A stretch of 64,000 nucleotides of DNA from positions 11,272-75,271 of the forward strand of contig CAMDCA010000001.1 in the NCBI GenBank assembly GCA_945889645.1. Reading direction: 5' to 3'. The notes beneath the pieces were generated by a model, which saw only the letters and a list, made by a program, of their open reading frames with translations, had not been told where the DNA came from and searched no databases. Positions 9,635 through 19,132 of the stretch are shown here, one piece after another (the stretch's first letter is position 1; the number at the start of each line of letters is the position of its first letter). The DNA is from Rhizobium sp. Q54. Lineage in GTDB: Bacteria > Pseudomonadota > Alphaproteobacteria > UBA2966 > CAIVPW01. The position numbers and the translations under genes were made by a program.

Positions 9635-10038
9635 AGCTGACTCAGAAGCAGCTTGGCGAACTCGCGAAGGTGAGCACGCCGACGATCTCGCGGTTCGAGC
9701 AGGTGGACAAGGACATCCAAATGTCATCCGTCCTCTCGATCCTCGACGTCATTGGAATGACCGACAAACGGACGCTCGTTTTTCGCCACGAGGAGTCCAA
9801 GTACGACTCGGGACGCGAGGCAGTGGCCTTCTGGGGTGAGGAGGCCGGCCGGCCGGTCCTCTGCCGAATCGCGCGCGAGGCATTGGACGATCACTTCTCT
9901 GACAGAGATCGACTCCGTCCGGAGGCAGCCTTCGCAAAACACCGGAAGGAGATCGAATCGCTGGCGCGGCGGAAGTACGTCCTCGATCAGATAGAACCAG
10001 ATGGCTCAATCCTTGTCGGCACCCTCGAGATCGCGTGA
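9565..10038 (+). CDS. XRE-family helix-turn-helix DNA-binding protein (HipB-like) with an extra C-terminal domain of about 90 aa
   Basis: The ATG at 9565 is preceded by GGAGAAAAG. The HTH reads LKLTQKQLGELAKVSTPTISRFEQ. The gene starts 70 nt inside the 3' end of hipA in a different frame. The 9211..10038 ORF upstream of this ATG is overlap noise. Confidence 0.75.
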   Translation: MEREFRLNWAVLVEEAIRRRRKLKLTQKQLGELAKVSTPTISRFEQVDKDIQMSSVLSILDVIGMTDKRTLVFRHEESKYDSGREAVAFWGEEAGRPVLCRIAREALDDHFSDRDRLRPEAAFAKHRKEIESLARRKYVLDQIEPDGSILVGTLEIA

Positions 10039-10080
10039 GGGCGACGACACGCAGAGAGCGTTCACCGTCGCTCCGGCGCC

Positions 10081-11772
10081 TTACGTCGCCATCGCCTTGC
10101 CGGCCTGGAACTTCGCGGCCTCTTCCTCGACCAGCTCTTTCTTAGACAGCTTGCCGACCATGGTCTTGGGGAGTTGGTGGCGGAACTCGACTTCGCGCGG
10201 CAGTTCGTGCTTGCCGATGCGGGCGCGGAGGAAGTCGATCAGCTCGGCCTGGGTGACGTGGGCGCCGTCCCTGCAGCGCACGAAGGCCTTCACCGCCTGG
10301 CCGCGGTGAGCGTCCGGCACGCCGATGACGGTGCATTCGGCGACGGCGGCGTGTTCGTAGATCGCCTCTTCGACGTTGCGCGGGTAGACGTTGAAGCCGC
10401 CGACCAGGATCAGGTCCTTGATGCGGTCGATGAGGAAGACGTAGCCGTCTTCGTCCATCGTGCCGATGTCGCCGGTGCGCAGGCGGCCGTCAACGATCGC
10501 CGAAGCGGTTTCGTGCGGGCGGTTCCAGTAGCCGGCCATCACCTGTGGGCCCTGGATGCAGATCTCGCCACGCTCGCCGGGGCCGACGACGCGGCGCGGA
10601 TCGTCGCGGTCGGTGATGACGATGGTGGTGCCGGGCAGCGGCTGGCCGATCGAGCCGGTCTTGTTGACGCCGTAGAGCGGGTTGCAGGTGGCGACCGGTG
10701 AGGCCTCGGTGAGGCCGTAGCCCTCGACCAGCTTGCAGCCGGTGTGCGCCTCGAAGCTCTGCTTGACCTCGACGGGGAGTGGCGCACCGCCGGAGATGCA
10801 GAACTTGACCGAGCGCAGGTCGAACTGCTTGATCTTGGGCGAGTGATTGATGGCGGCGAACATGGTCGGCACGCCGGGCACCAGGGTCGGACGCTTCTTG
10901 TCGATGTCGCGCAGCACGTCGTCCAAGACGAAGCGCGGGTGCAGGATGATCTCGCCGCCGATGTAGAGCGCGAGGTTCATTGCCACGGTCATGGCGAAGA
11001 CGTGGAAGAACGGCAGCGCGCCGAGCATCTTCTCCTCGCCGGGCCTGCAGCCTTCGAGCCACAGCATCGCCTGGTGCGCGTTGGCGAACAGGTTGGCGTG
11101 GGTCAGCATGGCGCCCTTGGGCGCGCCGGTGGTGCCGCCGGTGTACTGCAGCACCGCGATGTCCTTGGCCGGGTCGATGCCCACCGCCACTGGACGCCCG
11201 GCATTTTGCAACAGGCGCGCGAACGAGATGTCGTTGTCGTTGCGCGCGCCGTGGTAGCGCTGGCGGCGCTTGAACAGCGTGTATAGCGCTGACTTCGGGA
11301 ACGGCAGCACCTCGGGCAGAGTCCCGACCACCAGCTGGCGCAGCGGCGACGTACCGACCAGGCCGGACACCTTGGGGTACAGAACCTCGAGGTCGAGGGT
11401 GACCATCACCTCGGTGCCGGAGTCCTCCACTTGGTGGCGAATCTGCGGCTCGGCATAGAGCGGGCTGTAGTTGACGACCGTGGCGCCGGCGCGCAGGGCA
11501 CCAAAATACGAAATGATCGAGTGCGGCGAGTTGGGCAGGAACAGGCCGACCCGCGCCCCTTTGCGCACGCCAAGCTCCTGGAAGCCGCGGGCGGCCTTTT
11601 CGACCAGGGCGCCGACCTCGGCATAGGTGTAGCGGCGGCCGAGGAAATCGAGGCACGGGTTGTTGGGGAACCGCGCCACCGAATCCGACAGCAGGGTGTA
11701 CAGGGGCCGGGCCGGGATCTCGGCATCCCAGCGAATCTTCGGCGGGTAGCTCTTACTCCAGGCGCAATCCAT
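10081..11772 (-). CDS. fadD: long-chain-fatty-acid--CoA ligase (AMP-binding acyl-CoA synthetase)
   Basis: AMP-binding motifs are present (YTGGTTGAPKGAMLTHANL, GYGLTE, TGDIGTMDEDGYVFLIDRIKD). The real start is at MDCAWSK (ATG 11772). Confidence 0.9.
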   Translation of the reverse strand: MDCAWSKSYPPKIRWDAEIPARPLYTLLSDSVARFPNNPCLDFLGRRYTYAEVGALVEKAARGFQELGVRKGARVGLFLPNSPHSIISYFGALRAGATVVNYSPLYAEPQIRHQVEDSGTEVMVTLDLEVLYPKVSGLVGTSPLRQLVVGTLPEVLPFPKSALYTLFKRRQRYHGARNDNDISFARLLQNAGRPVAVGIDPAKDIAVLQYTGGTTGAPKGAMLTHANLFANAHQAMLWLEGCRPGEEKMLGALPFFHVFAMTVAMNLALYIGGEIILHPRFVLDDVLRDIDKKRPTLVPGVPTMFAAINHSPKIKQFDLRSVKFCISGGAPLPVEVKQSFEAHTGCKLVEGYGLTEASPVATCNPLYGVNKTGSIGQPLPGTTIVITDRDDPRRVVGPGERGEICIQGPQVMAGYWNRPHETASAIVDGRLRTGDIGTMDEDGYVFLIDRIKDLILVGGFNVYPRNVEEAIYEHAAVAECTVIGVPDAHRGQAVKAFVRCRDGAHVTQAELIDFLRARIGKHELPREVEFRHQLPKTMVGKLSKKELVEEEAAKFQAGKAMAT

Positions 11773-11999
11773 GGACTCTTCTTCCCCGCGCCCGCCCAGG
11801 CTTGCAACACCCGGGCGCGGGGCCCCGTGCCTCCCCTTGGGCACATCGTAGCCCGGCCCCCCGCTGGGGGGCCAGGAGAAGGGCCGCTTGCGATTGGGCG
11901 CCACGCGGTCATACTCCCGCTCGAGAACCCACCTTGCCCGCAAGCCCCGACAAGCGCGCCACGGCCGACGTGCCGACTATCGCCGGCACCTCGCTGGCC

Positions 12000-12728
12000 A
12001 TGGCCGACGCCACGGTCAACAAGGCCCGCATCCGGCGCATGCTGGCCGCGTGCGACGTCGACCCGGGGCGCTATGCGGCCAAGGCCGACCCTTCGCTGTT
12101 GGGCATCGACTGCATCCTAGCGATCCGCAAGAGCAAGGTGCGGGCGCCCGACCGCCTCGTACATCTGGAACAGCGCATGCGTATCACCCAGACCTTTGCC
12201 GCCGACGAAAAGCTCGGCGTGCGCGCCAAGGTCGAAACGGTTGAGCAGGCCGACGGCGGCGAGAAGGCGCGCTCATTGTTCGAATTCATGGGCCGCGACG
12301 GCACGCCGGTGGCGACCCTGTGGTCCACCACCATGGTGGCCGAACCATCCTGGCTGCGCGACGTACCGCCGGTCCAAGGCGACCCGCGCGCCGACTGGCG
12401 GCTGGCCGGGCGCAAGCTCCTCAACTCCGCCAAAGTACAGGCGTACTCGGAGGAAACCGGCAACCGGCTGCACTTCGATCCGGCCTATGCGGTGCGCAAC
12501 GGACTGCGCGCGCCGGTCGCCAATCCGCTGATGACCCTGACGTGGGCGGTCGAGGCGATCTCCGTCCAGGGCCTGCCGGCGTCGTTCGAGATGAATGCGC
12601 ATTTCCAGCAACCGCTGCATTGGGACGACGGTGTCGACGTCCTGGTGCACGAGTCCGGCGGCCGCATCCATGCCGTGCGCTGCGTGTCGTCAGCCGGCGC
12701 GCTGGTGTCCGAAATCGAGGTCACGTGA
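12000..12728 (+). CDS. MaoC-like (R)-hydratase / hotdog-fold acyl dehydratase family protein
   Basis: Weak hydratase-2-like motif (SEETGNRLHFDPAYA). The gene is divergent from fadD. The start at 12000 is inferred from the ORF 11802..12728. Confidence 0.45.
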   Translation: MADATVNKARIRRMLAACDVDPGRYAAKADPSLLGIDCILAIRKSKVRAPDRLVHLEQRMRITQTFAADEKLGVRAKVETVEQADGGEKARSLFEFMGRDGTPVATLWSTTMVAEPSWLRDVPPVQGDPRADWRLAGRKLLNSAKVQAYSEETGNRLHFDPAYAVRNGLRAPVANPLMTLTWAVEAISVQGLPASFEMNAHFQQPLHWDDGVDVLVHESGGRIHAVRCVSSAGALVSEIEVT

Positions 12729-13696
12729 ACAGACCCCTGAATGGCGCGCGCATCGTTGCCGCGACCGAATCCGCCATCGCCGAGGCCGTGCGGTTCTTGC
12801 GCGACGGACGGCTGGTGGCCTTTCCGACCGAGACCGTCTACGGCCTGGGCGCCGACGCCAGCAGCGACGACGCCGTCGAGGCGATCTATCGCGCCAAGGG
12901 CCGGCCGCCGGAAAATCCGCTCATCCTCCACGTCGCCACGCTGGCCGAAGCGGAGACCCTGGCGGAATTCAACGACGACGCACGCAAGCTGGCGGCGGCG
13001 TTCTGGCCGGGCGCCGTGACGCTGGTGCTGAAGCGCCGTGCCGGCGCGCGCATCTCGTCGCTGGCGACGGCGGAGCTGGACACCGTGGCGCTGCGTATTC
13101 CGGATCATCCGGTGGCGCTGGCGTTGTTGCGCGCGGCCGGGCGGCCGCTGGCGGCACCGAGCGCCAATCCCTCGGGGCGCGTCAGCCCGACGCTGGCCGA
13201 GCATGTGGCGAGCGGACTGGGACCGGCGGTATCGATGATCCTGGACGGCGGCCAGTGCCGTGTCGGCATCGAGTCCACGGTCGTTGCGCTGGACGGCGAC
13301 CAGCCGCGCATCCTGCGCCCGGGCGGCATCGCTGCCGGCGAGATCGAGCGCGTGCTGGGCAAGTCGGTGCGGACCGGGCCGGACAAGCCGGTGCGCGTCC
13401 AGGCGCCTGGGCAAATGCTCAGTCACTATGCGCCGCGGGCGGGGGTGCGCCTGAACGCAACGAGCGCGGGCGCGAACGAAGGCGTCCTGACGTTCGGCAC
13501 GGCGCAGATCGACGGCGCGCGCATGGCGGTGAACCTGAGCGCCAAGGGCGACCTGGGCGAAGCGGCCGCCAATCTGTACGCCGCCCTGCGCGTGCTCGAC
13601 GACGCCGGCGTGGCCGCCATCGCCGTGGTTCCCATTCCCGAAGACGGCATCGGCGCCGCCATCAACGATCGCCTGCGGCGCGCCGCGGCGCGCTAA
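12725..13696 (+). CDS. tsaC: L-threonylcarbamoyladenylate synthase (Sua5/YwlC/TsaC family; YrdC domain plus Sua5 C-terminal domain)
   Basis: YrdC motif (VAFPTETVYGLGADASSDDAVEAIYRAKGRPPENPLILHV). The GTG start overlaps the upstream stop as GTGA. The ORF track's N-terminal extension to 12320 is overlap noise. Confidence 0.85.
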   Translation: MNRPLNGARIVAATESAIAEAVRFLRDGRLVAFPTETVYGLGADASSDDAVEAIYRAKGRPPENPLILHVATLAEAETLAEFNDDARKLAAAFWPGAVTLVLKRRAGARISSLATAELDTVALRIPDHPVALALLRAAGRPLAAPSANPSGRVSPTLAEHVASGLGPAVSMILDGGQCRVGIESTVVALDGDQPRILRPGGIAAGEIERVLGKSVRTGPDKPVRVQAPGQMLSHYAPRAGVRLNATSAGANEGVLTFGTAQIDGARMAVNLSAKGDLGEAAANLYAALRVLDDAGVAAIAVVPIPEDGIGAAINDRLRRAAAR

Positions 13697-13706
13697 TCTG
13701 GCCGCC

Positions 13707-15137
13707 ATGGCGAGCGCGGCACCAGCAGGAATTCCGGCCTCGGTTGTGGAGCGGTTGCAGGCGGCGGCGGGAGCCGGCGGCTGGATCGCCGACCCCGAGC
13801 GCATCACGCCGTACCTGATCGACCAGCGCAAACGCTATCGCGGGCGCACGCCTCTCGTCCTTCTGCCGGACACGACCGCCAAGGTGGCGGCGATCGTCAA
13901 GGCTTGCGCCGAGACGCGCACGCCTTTAGTGCCGCAGGGCGGCAACACCGGATTGGTCGGCGGTGCGACGCCGTCGGAGCGCGGCGACGCGGTGGTCGTC
14001 AACCTAGGGCGCATGAATCGCATCCGCGCGCTGGACACGGCGGCGGCAACAGTGACCGCCGAGGCGGGCTGCATCCTGGCGTCGGTGCAAAAGGCGGCCG
14101 ACGACGCGGGACTGCTGTTCCCCCTTAGCCTGGGTGCGGAGGGAAGCTGCCAGATCGGCGGCAACCTGGCGACCAACGCTGGCGGACTGCAGGTGCTGCG
14201 CTATGGCAGTGCGCGGGCGCTGACGCTCGGACTCGAAGTCGTACTGGCGGACGGGCGCGTGTGGGACGGCCTGCGCGGCCTGTACAAGGACAATACCGGC
14301 TACGACCTGAAGCAGCTGTTCGTCGGCGCCGAGGGCACGCTGGGCATCATCACCGCCGCGGTGCTGCGCCTGTTCCCGCGGCCGGCCCAGCGCGTCACGG
14401 CGCTGGCCGCGGTGGCCGACGTCGATGCGGCGCAGACGGTCCTGGCGACGATGCGGGCGGCGAGCGGCGACCGCATGAATGCGTGCGAGATCATGTCCGA
14501 ACGTGCGCTGGGGTTTGCGGTGAAGCACGCGGCCAAGGGCGCGGCGCCGTTCGCAGCAAACCACCCGTGGACGCTGTTGCTGGAATTCGAGGCGGGGGCC
14601 GGCGACGAGTTGCGCAGCGTCATCGAGAATGCGCTCGGCGGGCTGATCGACGCGGGCCACGTGCGCGACGCGGTGGTTGCGGCGAGCACCGCGCAGGCCC
14701 AGACGATGTGGCACCTGCGCGAAAGCATCCCCGGCGCCCAGGGGCGCGAGGGCGGCAGCATCAAGCACGACATCGCGGTGCCGCAGGCGCGCATGGCGGA
14801 ATTCGTGCGCAGCGCCGAAGCGGCGGTGACGCGGGCGCTACCGGGCGTGCGGGTGTGCGCCTTCGGGCACCTCGGCGACGGCAACCTGCACTACAACCTG
14901 TCGCAGCCGGTTGGCATGGATGAGGCGCTGTTCCTGGCCGAATGGGACCGATTGGCGCGCATCGTCCACGACCTGACGGTGGCGATGGGCGGCAGCATCA
15001 GCGCCGAGCACGGCATCGGCCAGATGAAGCGCGACGAATTGGTGCGCATCAAGCCGCCGGTCGAGATCGAGATGATGCGCGCGGTGAAGCGCGCCCTGGA
15101 CCCGGACGGCATCATGAATCCGGGCAAGGTGCTGTAG
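13707..15137 (+). CDS. FAD-binding oxidoreductase (FAD-linked oxidase; D-lactate/glycolate oxidase GlcD-like)
   Basis: FAD_binding_4 domain (LVPQGGNTGLVGGATP) and a C-terminal FAD-oxidase domain. The protein is 476 aa. Confidence 0.8.
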   Translation: MASAAPAGIPASVVERLQAAAGAGGWIADPERITPYLIDQRKRYRGRTPLVLLPDTTAKVAAIVKACAETRTPLVPQGGNTGLVGGATPSERGDAVVVNLGRMNRIRALDTAAATVTAEAGCILASVQKAADDAGLLFPLSLGAEGSCQIGGNLATNAGGLQVLRYGSARALTLGLEVVLADGRVWDGLRGLYKDNTGYDLKQLFVGAEGTLGIITAAVLRLFPRPAQRVTALAAVADVDAAQTVLATMRAASGDRMNACEIMSERALGFAVKHAAKGAAPFAANHPWTLLLEFEAGAGDELRSVIENALGGLIDAGHVRDAVVAASTAQAQTMWHLRESIPGAQGREGGSIKHDIAVPQARMAEFVRSAEAAVTRALPGVRVCAFGHLGDGNLHYNLSQPVGMDEALFLAEWDRLARIVHDLTVAMGGSISAEHGIGQMKRDELVRIKPPVEIEMMRAVKRALDPDGIMNPGKVL

Positions 15138-15187
15138 CGCCAACTGGGGAGTCTGGATTGCTTCGCGCGGAACGCGCGCTAGGCGTG

Positions 15188-15730
15188 CTACTTGCGCGCG
15201 AGGTTGTACTCGAACTCCTCGGGCGTCAGCTGGATGCCGACGATGATCTCGTATGCCACCGGGCTCAACCCTGCAGCCGGAGCCAGGGTTTCATAGATCT
15301 CCGGGCGGACGGTGACCGAGCTGACGCCAGCGATGTAGGCGAGCCGCGTCGTGAAGAGCTGCTTGGCGATGATCAGGCCCTGGGAGTCGATGACGGCGAC
15401 GAAATACGGCACGTCGATGGTTCCGGGCAGCGCGGCGTTGCGGCGCACGCCGGCGACCGCGAACGACACCGTCGCAACAGCGTCGCGGCGGGACGTGCGG
15501 CAGTTGTACTGCAGCCCGGACAGCCGTATCTGTGCCGCCATGTTGTCGTCGGTGGCGGCCGCTCCGGGCGCGAACCGCGTCAGCGTCTCGGCGCCGCCGA
15601 GGAACACGGCGCGCGGGCACGTCAGGTTGGTGCCGTCCCGGTATTGCACGCAGCCACCGAGGCCAAGCAGCGTGGCGAGGCCAAGCAGCACCAGAGCGCG
15701 CCGCGCGAAATCGGACTGCAATACGTGCAA
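15188..15730 (-). CDS. hypothetical lipoprotein
   Basis: Signal peptide with a lipobox (LLGLATLLGLGGC). I recognise no catalytic motif. Confidence 0.5.
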   Translation of the reverse strand: MHVLQSDFARRALVLLGLATLLGLGGCVQYRDGTNLTCPRAVFLGGAETLTRFAPGAAATDDNMAAQIRLSGLQYNCRTSRRDAVATVSFAVAGVRRNAALPGTIDVPYFVAVIDSQGLIIAKQLFTTRLAYIAGVSSVTVRPEIYETLAPAAGLSPVAYEIIVGIQLTPEEFEYNLARK

Positions 15731-15945
15731 GGAAGGTCGGTCCCCAGGCCCAGTTCGTGGCCAATTCGTGGTGTGTGGCGTTGGTCAGGCCGACGGGCGG
15801 TGCCGCCAAATACTGTTATCGGGCACCCGCTTCGTCTAGAGTGCGAGCCCTTCCGCCGCGGCCCGAGACTACAGCGCCCCGGCCGCGTGCGGCAACCGCA
15901 ACCGGGCCGCGAACTTGACCTTCGACGCCCTTTGAGCGACGCCCT

Positions 15946-16914
15946 TTGAGCGCCCTGAACCAGACGATGGCGAAACCGGCGGTCCGTATCCTGCTTGCCA
16001 GCCCGCGCGGCTTCTGCGCCGGGGTGGATCGTGCCATCCAGATCGTCGAGATGGCGCTGGGCAAGTATGGCGCGCCGGTCTACGTGCGCCACGAGATCGT
16101 CCACAACCGCACCGTCGTCGAGGACCTGCAGGCCCAGGGCGCCGTGTTCGTCGACGAGCTCGACGAGGTGCCCGAGGGCGCCCCGGTGGTGTTTTCGGCC
16201 CATGGCGTGCCCAAGGCAGTGCCGGTCGATGCCAAGCATCGCAAGCTGATCGCGGTGGATGCAACGTGCCCGCTGGTCAGCAAAGTGCACCGCGAAGCCG
16301 AGCGCCACTGGCGCGACGGCCGCGAGGTGGTGCTGATCGGCCATGCCGGGCACCCCGAAGTGATTGGGACTTTGGGACAACTGCCGCCGGGCAGCATTCA
16401 TCTGATCGAGGATGCCGCGGATGCGGCCGCATTCACGCCGCGCGATGCGAGCCAGCTGGCGTTCGTGACCCAGACCACGCTGTCGGTGGACGAGACCGAG
16501 GCGGTGGTCGCCGTTCTGCGCCAACGCTTTCCGACCATCGCGGCGCCGCCGCGCGACGATATTTGCTACGCCACCACCAACCGCCAGCAGGCGGTGAAGG
16601 AAGTCGCGCCGCGCTGCGACGCCATGGTGGTCTTGGGCGCACCGAATTCGTCCAACTCGGTGCGGCTCGTCGAGGTGGCCAAGCGCGCCGGATGCGGCAA
16701 GGCGTTCCTGGTGCAGCGCGCCAGCGAGATCGACTGGGCGCAACTGGGTACGCCGTGCACGGTCGGCATCACCGCCGGTGCATCGGCGCCGGAGCGCCTG
16801 GTGCAGGAAGTCATCGAAGCGTTCTCGGCGCGGTACTCGGTGACGGTGGACGACATCGTACTGAAGACGGAAGACGTGCGCTTCAAGTTGCCGCGCCTGC
16901 TGGAAAAAGCGTAA
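15946..16914 (+). CDS. ispH: 4-hydroxy-3-methylbut-2-enyl diphosphate reductase
   Basis: LytB family ([22 protein letters not shown]...), 322 aa. Confidence 0.95.
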   Translation: MSALNQTMAKPAVRILLASPRGFCAGVDRAIQIVEMALGKYGAPVYVRHEIVHNRTVVEDLQAQGAVFVDELDEVPEGAPVVFSAHGVPKAVPVDAKHRKLIAVDATCPLVSKVHREAERHWRDGREVVLIGHAGHPEVIGTLGQLPPGSIHLIEDAADAAAFTPRDASQLAFVTQTTLSVDETEAVVAVLRQRFPTIAAPPRDDICYATTNRQQAVKEVAPRCDAMVVLGAPNSSNSVRLVEVAKRAGCGKAFLVQRASEIDWAQLGTPCTVGITAGASAPERLVQEVIEAFSARYSVTVDDIVLKTEDVRFKLPRLLEKA

Positions 16915-16937
16915 GGCATCCAGGCGGCCGCGCATCG

Positions 16938-17891
16938 ATGGCGTTCTTCACGAAACTCAGCCCGGCTGAGGTCGCCACGTTCCTGGCCGAGCACGATATC
17001 GGCACGCTGGTCGAGTGCGACGGCATCACCGCGGGCTCCGAGAACTCGAACTACCGGCTGCGCACCACCGCCGGACTGTTCATCCTGACGCTCTACGAGA
17101 AGCGCGTGCGGCTCGAAGACCTGCCGTTCTTCCTCGACCTGATGCAGCACCTGGACCGCGCCGGCATCCACTGCCCGAAGCCCATCGCCGGGGCCGACGG
17201 CCAGGCGCTGCGCACGCTGGCCAAGAAGCGCGCGGCGATCTTCAGTTTCCTGGAGGGCCATTCGGTCGCGGTGCCCGAGGCGTGGCACTGCAAGGCGCTG
17301 GGCGCACAGCTGGCCGAGATGCATGCCGCCTGCGCGAACTTCGGCGGAAGACGCGCCAACGACCTGTCGCTAAGGGGCTGGCAGCGCGACTTCGCCAAGT
17401 GCCGCGACGGCGCCGACACGGTGCAGGCGGGCCTGCGCGAGATCATCGAGCACGAGTTGCAGTACCTGAGCGCGCATTGGCCGCAGGGCCTGCCGGCCGG
17501 CGTCATCCACGCCGACCTGTTCCCCGACAACGTGTTCTTCGTCGGCGACCGGGTGTCGGGGGTGATCGACTTCTACTTCGCCTGCAACGACTTCCTCGCC
17601 TACGACATCGCTGTGTGCCTGAACGCATGGTGCTTCGACGACGACCGCACGTTCAACTTCACCAAGGGCGAGCGGCTGCTGGCCGCGTATGGCCAGGTGC
17701 GCGCGCTGACGTCCGAGGAGAAGCAACAGCTGCCCGTGTTGCTGCGCGGCGCGGCGATGCGGTTTCTGCTGACACGGCTGTACGACAAGCTGCATCCCAA
17801 GGGCACCAACCCGAAAGACCCCCTCGCCTACCTGCGGCGCCTGACGGTCCACCAGGGCATCAAATCACCCAAGCTGTACGGGCTGCGCTGA
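16938..17891 (+). CDS. thrB: homoserine kinase type II (APH/ChoK-like fold)
   Basis: Start at [22 protein letters not shown]. Kinase motifs [12 protein letters not shown] and DFYFACND are present. The ORF-track extension to 16266 overlaps ispH and is rejected. Confidence 0.9.
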   Translation: MAFFTKLSPAEVATFLAEHDIGTLVECDGITAGSENSNYRLRTTAGLFILTLYEKRVRLEDLPFFLDLMQHLDRAGIHCPKPIAGADGQALRTLAKKRAAIFSFLEGHSVAVPEAWHCKALGAQLAEMHAACANFGGRRANDLSLRGWQRDFAKCRDGADTVQAGLREIIEHELQYLSAHWPQGLPAGVIHADLFPDNVFFVGDRVSGVIDFYFACNDFLAYDIAVCLNAWCFDDDRTFNFTKGERLLAAYGQVRALTSEEKQQLPVLLRGAAMRFLLTRLYDKLHPKGTNPKDPLAYLRRLTVHQGIKSPKLYGLR

Positions 17892-17892
17892 C

Positions 17893-18348
17893 ATGACCGG
17901 CAAGAGCGAAGACGCCGTCGACGTATTCGTGGACGGCGCCTGCCTCGGCAATCCGGGACCGGGCGGTTGGGGCGCGATCCTGCGCTGGCAGGGCAAGGAG
18001 CGCGAGCTGTCGGGCGCCGATGCCGCCACCACCAACAACCGCATGGAGCTGATGGCGGCGATCAGCGCGCTCGAGACACTCAAGCGGCCGAGCGTCGTGC
18101 GCCTGCACACCGACTCCCAGTACGTGAAGAACGGCATCACGACCTGGATCAAGGGCTGGAAGCGCAACGGCTGGCGCACGTCCAGCAAAGAGCCGGTGAA
18201 GAACGTCGACCTGTGGCAGCGCCTGGAGGCCGCCACCGGCACTCACCAGGTCCGCTGGCACTGGGTCAAAGGCCACAGCGGCCACCCCGAGAACGAGCGC
18301 GCCGATCAGCTCGCGGTTACGGCGGCGAAGACGCAGACGGGGATATAG
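17893..18348 (+). CDS. rnhA: ribonuclease HI
   Basis: 151-aa protein ([20 protein letters not shown]...[22 protein letters not shown]...[14 protein letters not shown]) with canonical RNase H motifs. Confidence 0.95.
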   Translation: MTGKSEDAVDVFVDGACLGNPGPGGWGAILRWQGKERELSGADAATTNNRMELMAAISALETLKRPSVVRLHTDSQYVKNGITTWIKGWKRNGWRTSSKEPVKNVDLWQRLEAATGTHQVRWHWVKGHSGHPENERADQLAVTAAKTQTGI

Positions 18349-18352
18349 CGCC

Positions 18353-18400
18353 GCGCTCGTTGCGAGACTGGATTGCGTCGCTTCGCTCGCAATGACGTTC
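18353..18400. repeat. REP-like palindromic element copy A (single arm, CTGGATTGCGTCGCTTCGCTCGCAATGACG)
   Basis: It shares the GTCATTGCGAG...GCAATCCAG core with the elements at 30385-30467 and 38659-38734. It lies immediately 3' of rnhA. Confidence 0.7.
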
Positions 18401-18569
18401 CTGGGGTCGTGGGGCCTTAGCAGGCTGTTGAAAAAGTCAGCGGCGGAATGTTTGCGCGCAACAATAGAATCAGGACGGCCCCAGTCTTGAATCGATCTTG
18501 CGTGAATGGTGCATCTCGCGAATCAAAGTTGCGCACGACCATGGTCCAAAAACCTATTTCAACAGCCTG

Positions 18570-19046
18570 TTAGAGCAGCTTCAGCATCGCTTCGGCGGAG
18601 GAGACGTCGTGGGCGCCGGTGGAGTCTTCGAGCGCCATCTTCGTCACCACGCCGTTATCGACAATGAGGGCGAAGCGCTTGGACCGCACGCCCATGTTGT
18701 CGATGTCGATGTCCATGCCGAGCGCCTTGGTGAACTCCGCCTTGCCGTCGGCCAGCAGGATGACCGCGTCGCCGACGTTCTGGTCTTTGGCCCAGGCGTT
18801 CATCACGTGACGGTCGTTGACCGACAGGCAGACGATGTCCGCAACGCCCTTGGCGTGGATCTTGCCGGCCAGCTCCATGAAGCCGGGCAGATGCTTCTCG
18901 GAGCACACCGGCGTGAAGGCGCCGGGGACGCCGAACAGGATGACCTTCTTGCCGGCGAAAAACTCGCGCGTGTTGAGAAGGCCCGAACCTTGCGCCGCGA
19001 TCTTGGGAACGCGCGCCTCGGGAATCTTGTCACCAACCTTGATCAT
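18570..19046 (-). CDS. peroxiredoxin, Prx5-like (AhpC/TSA family)
   Basis: Start at MIKVGDKIPE. Peroxidatic Cys motif (GVPGAFTPVCS). Confidence 0.9.
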   Translation of the reverse strand: MIKVGDKIPEARVPKIAAQGSGLLNTREFFAGKKVILFGVPGAFTPVCSEKHLPGFMELAGKIHAKGVADIVCLSVNDRHVMNAWAKDQNVGDAVILLADGKAEFTKALGMDIDIDNMGVRSKRFALIVDNGVVTKMALEDSTGAHDVSSAEAMLKLL

Positions 19047-19132
19047 GGATTGCTCCTCCGGGTCTGCCGCCGCGCGGTGCATAGCATGCCGCGCCGCGGG
19101 ACGGGAGGGTGAGACGGAGCCGCCGTGGCCGG

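Noticed and set aside
10490-11656. 388-aa ORF in a second frame of the same strand as fadD, plus a 175-aa antisense ORF at 10174..10701
   Set aside because: Both overlap fadD, which is a frame-noise pattern. The fadD frame carries all the AMP-binding motifs.
16266-16937. N-terminal 224-aa extension of the thrB ORF
   Set aside because: It overlaps the 3' two-thirds of ispH in another frame. Homoserine kinase homology and a plausible start begin only at 16938.
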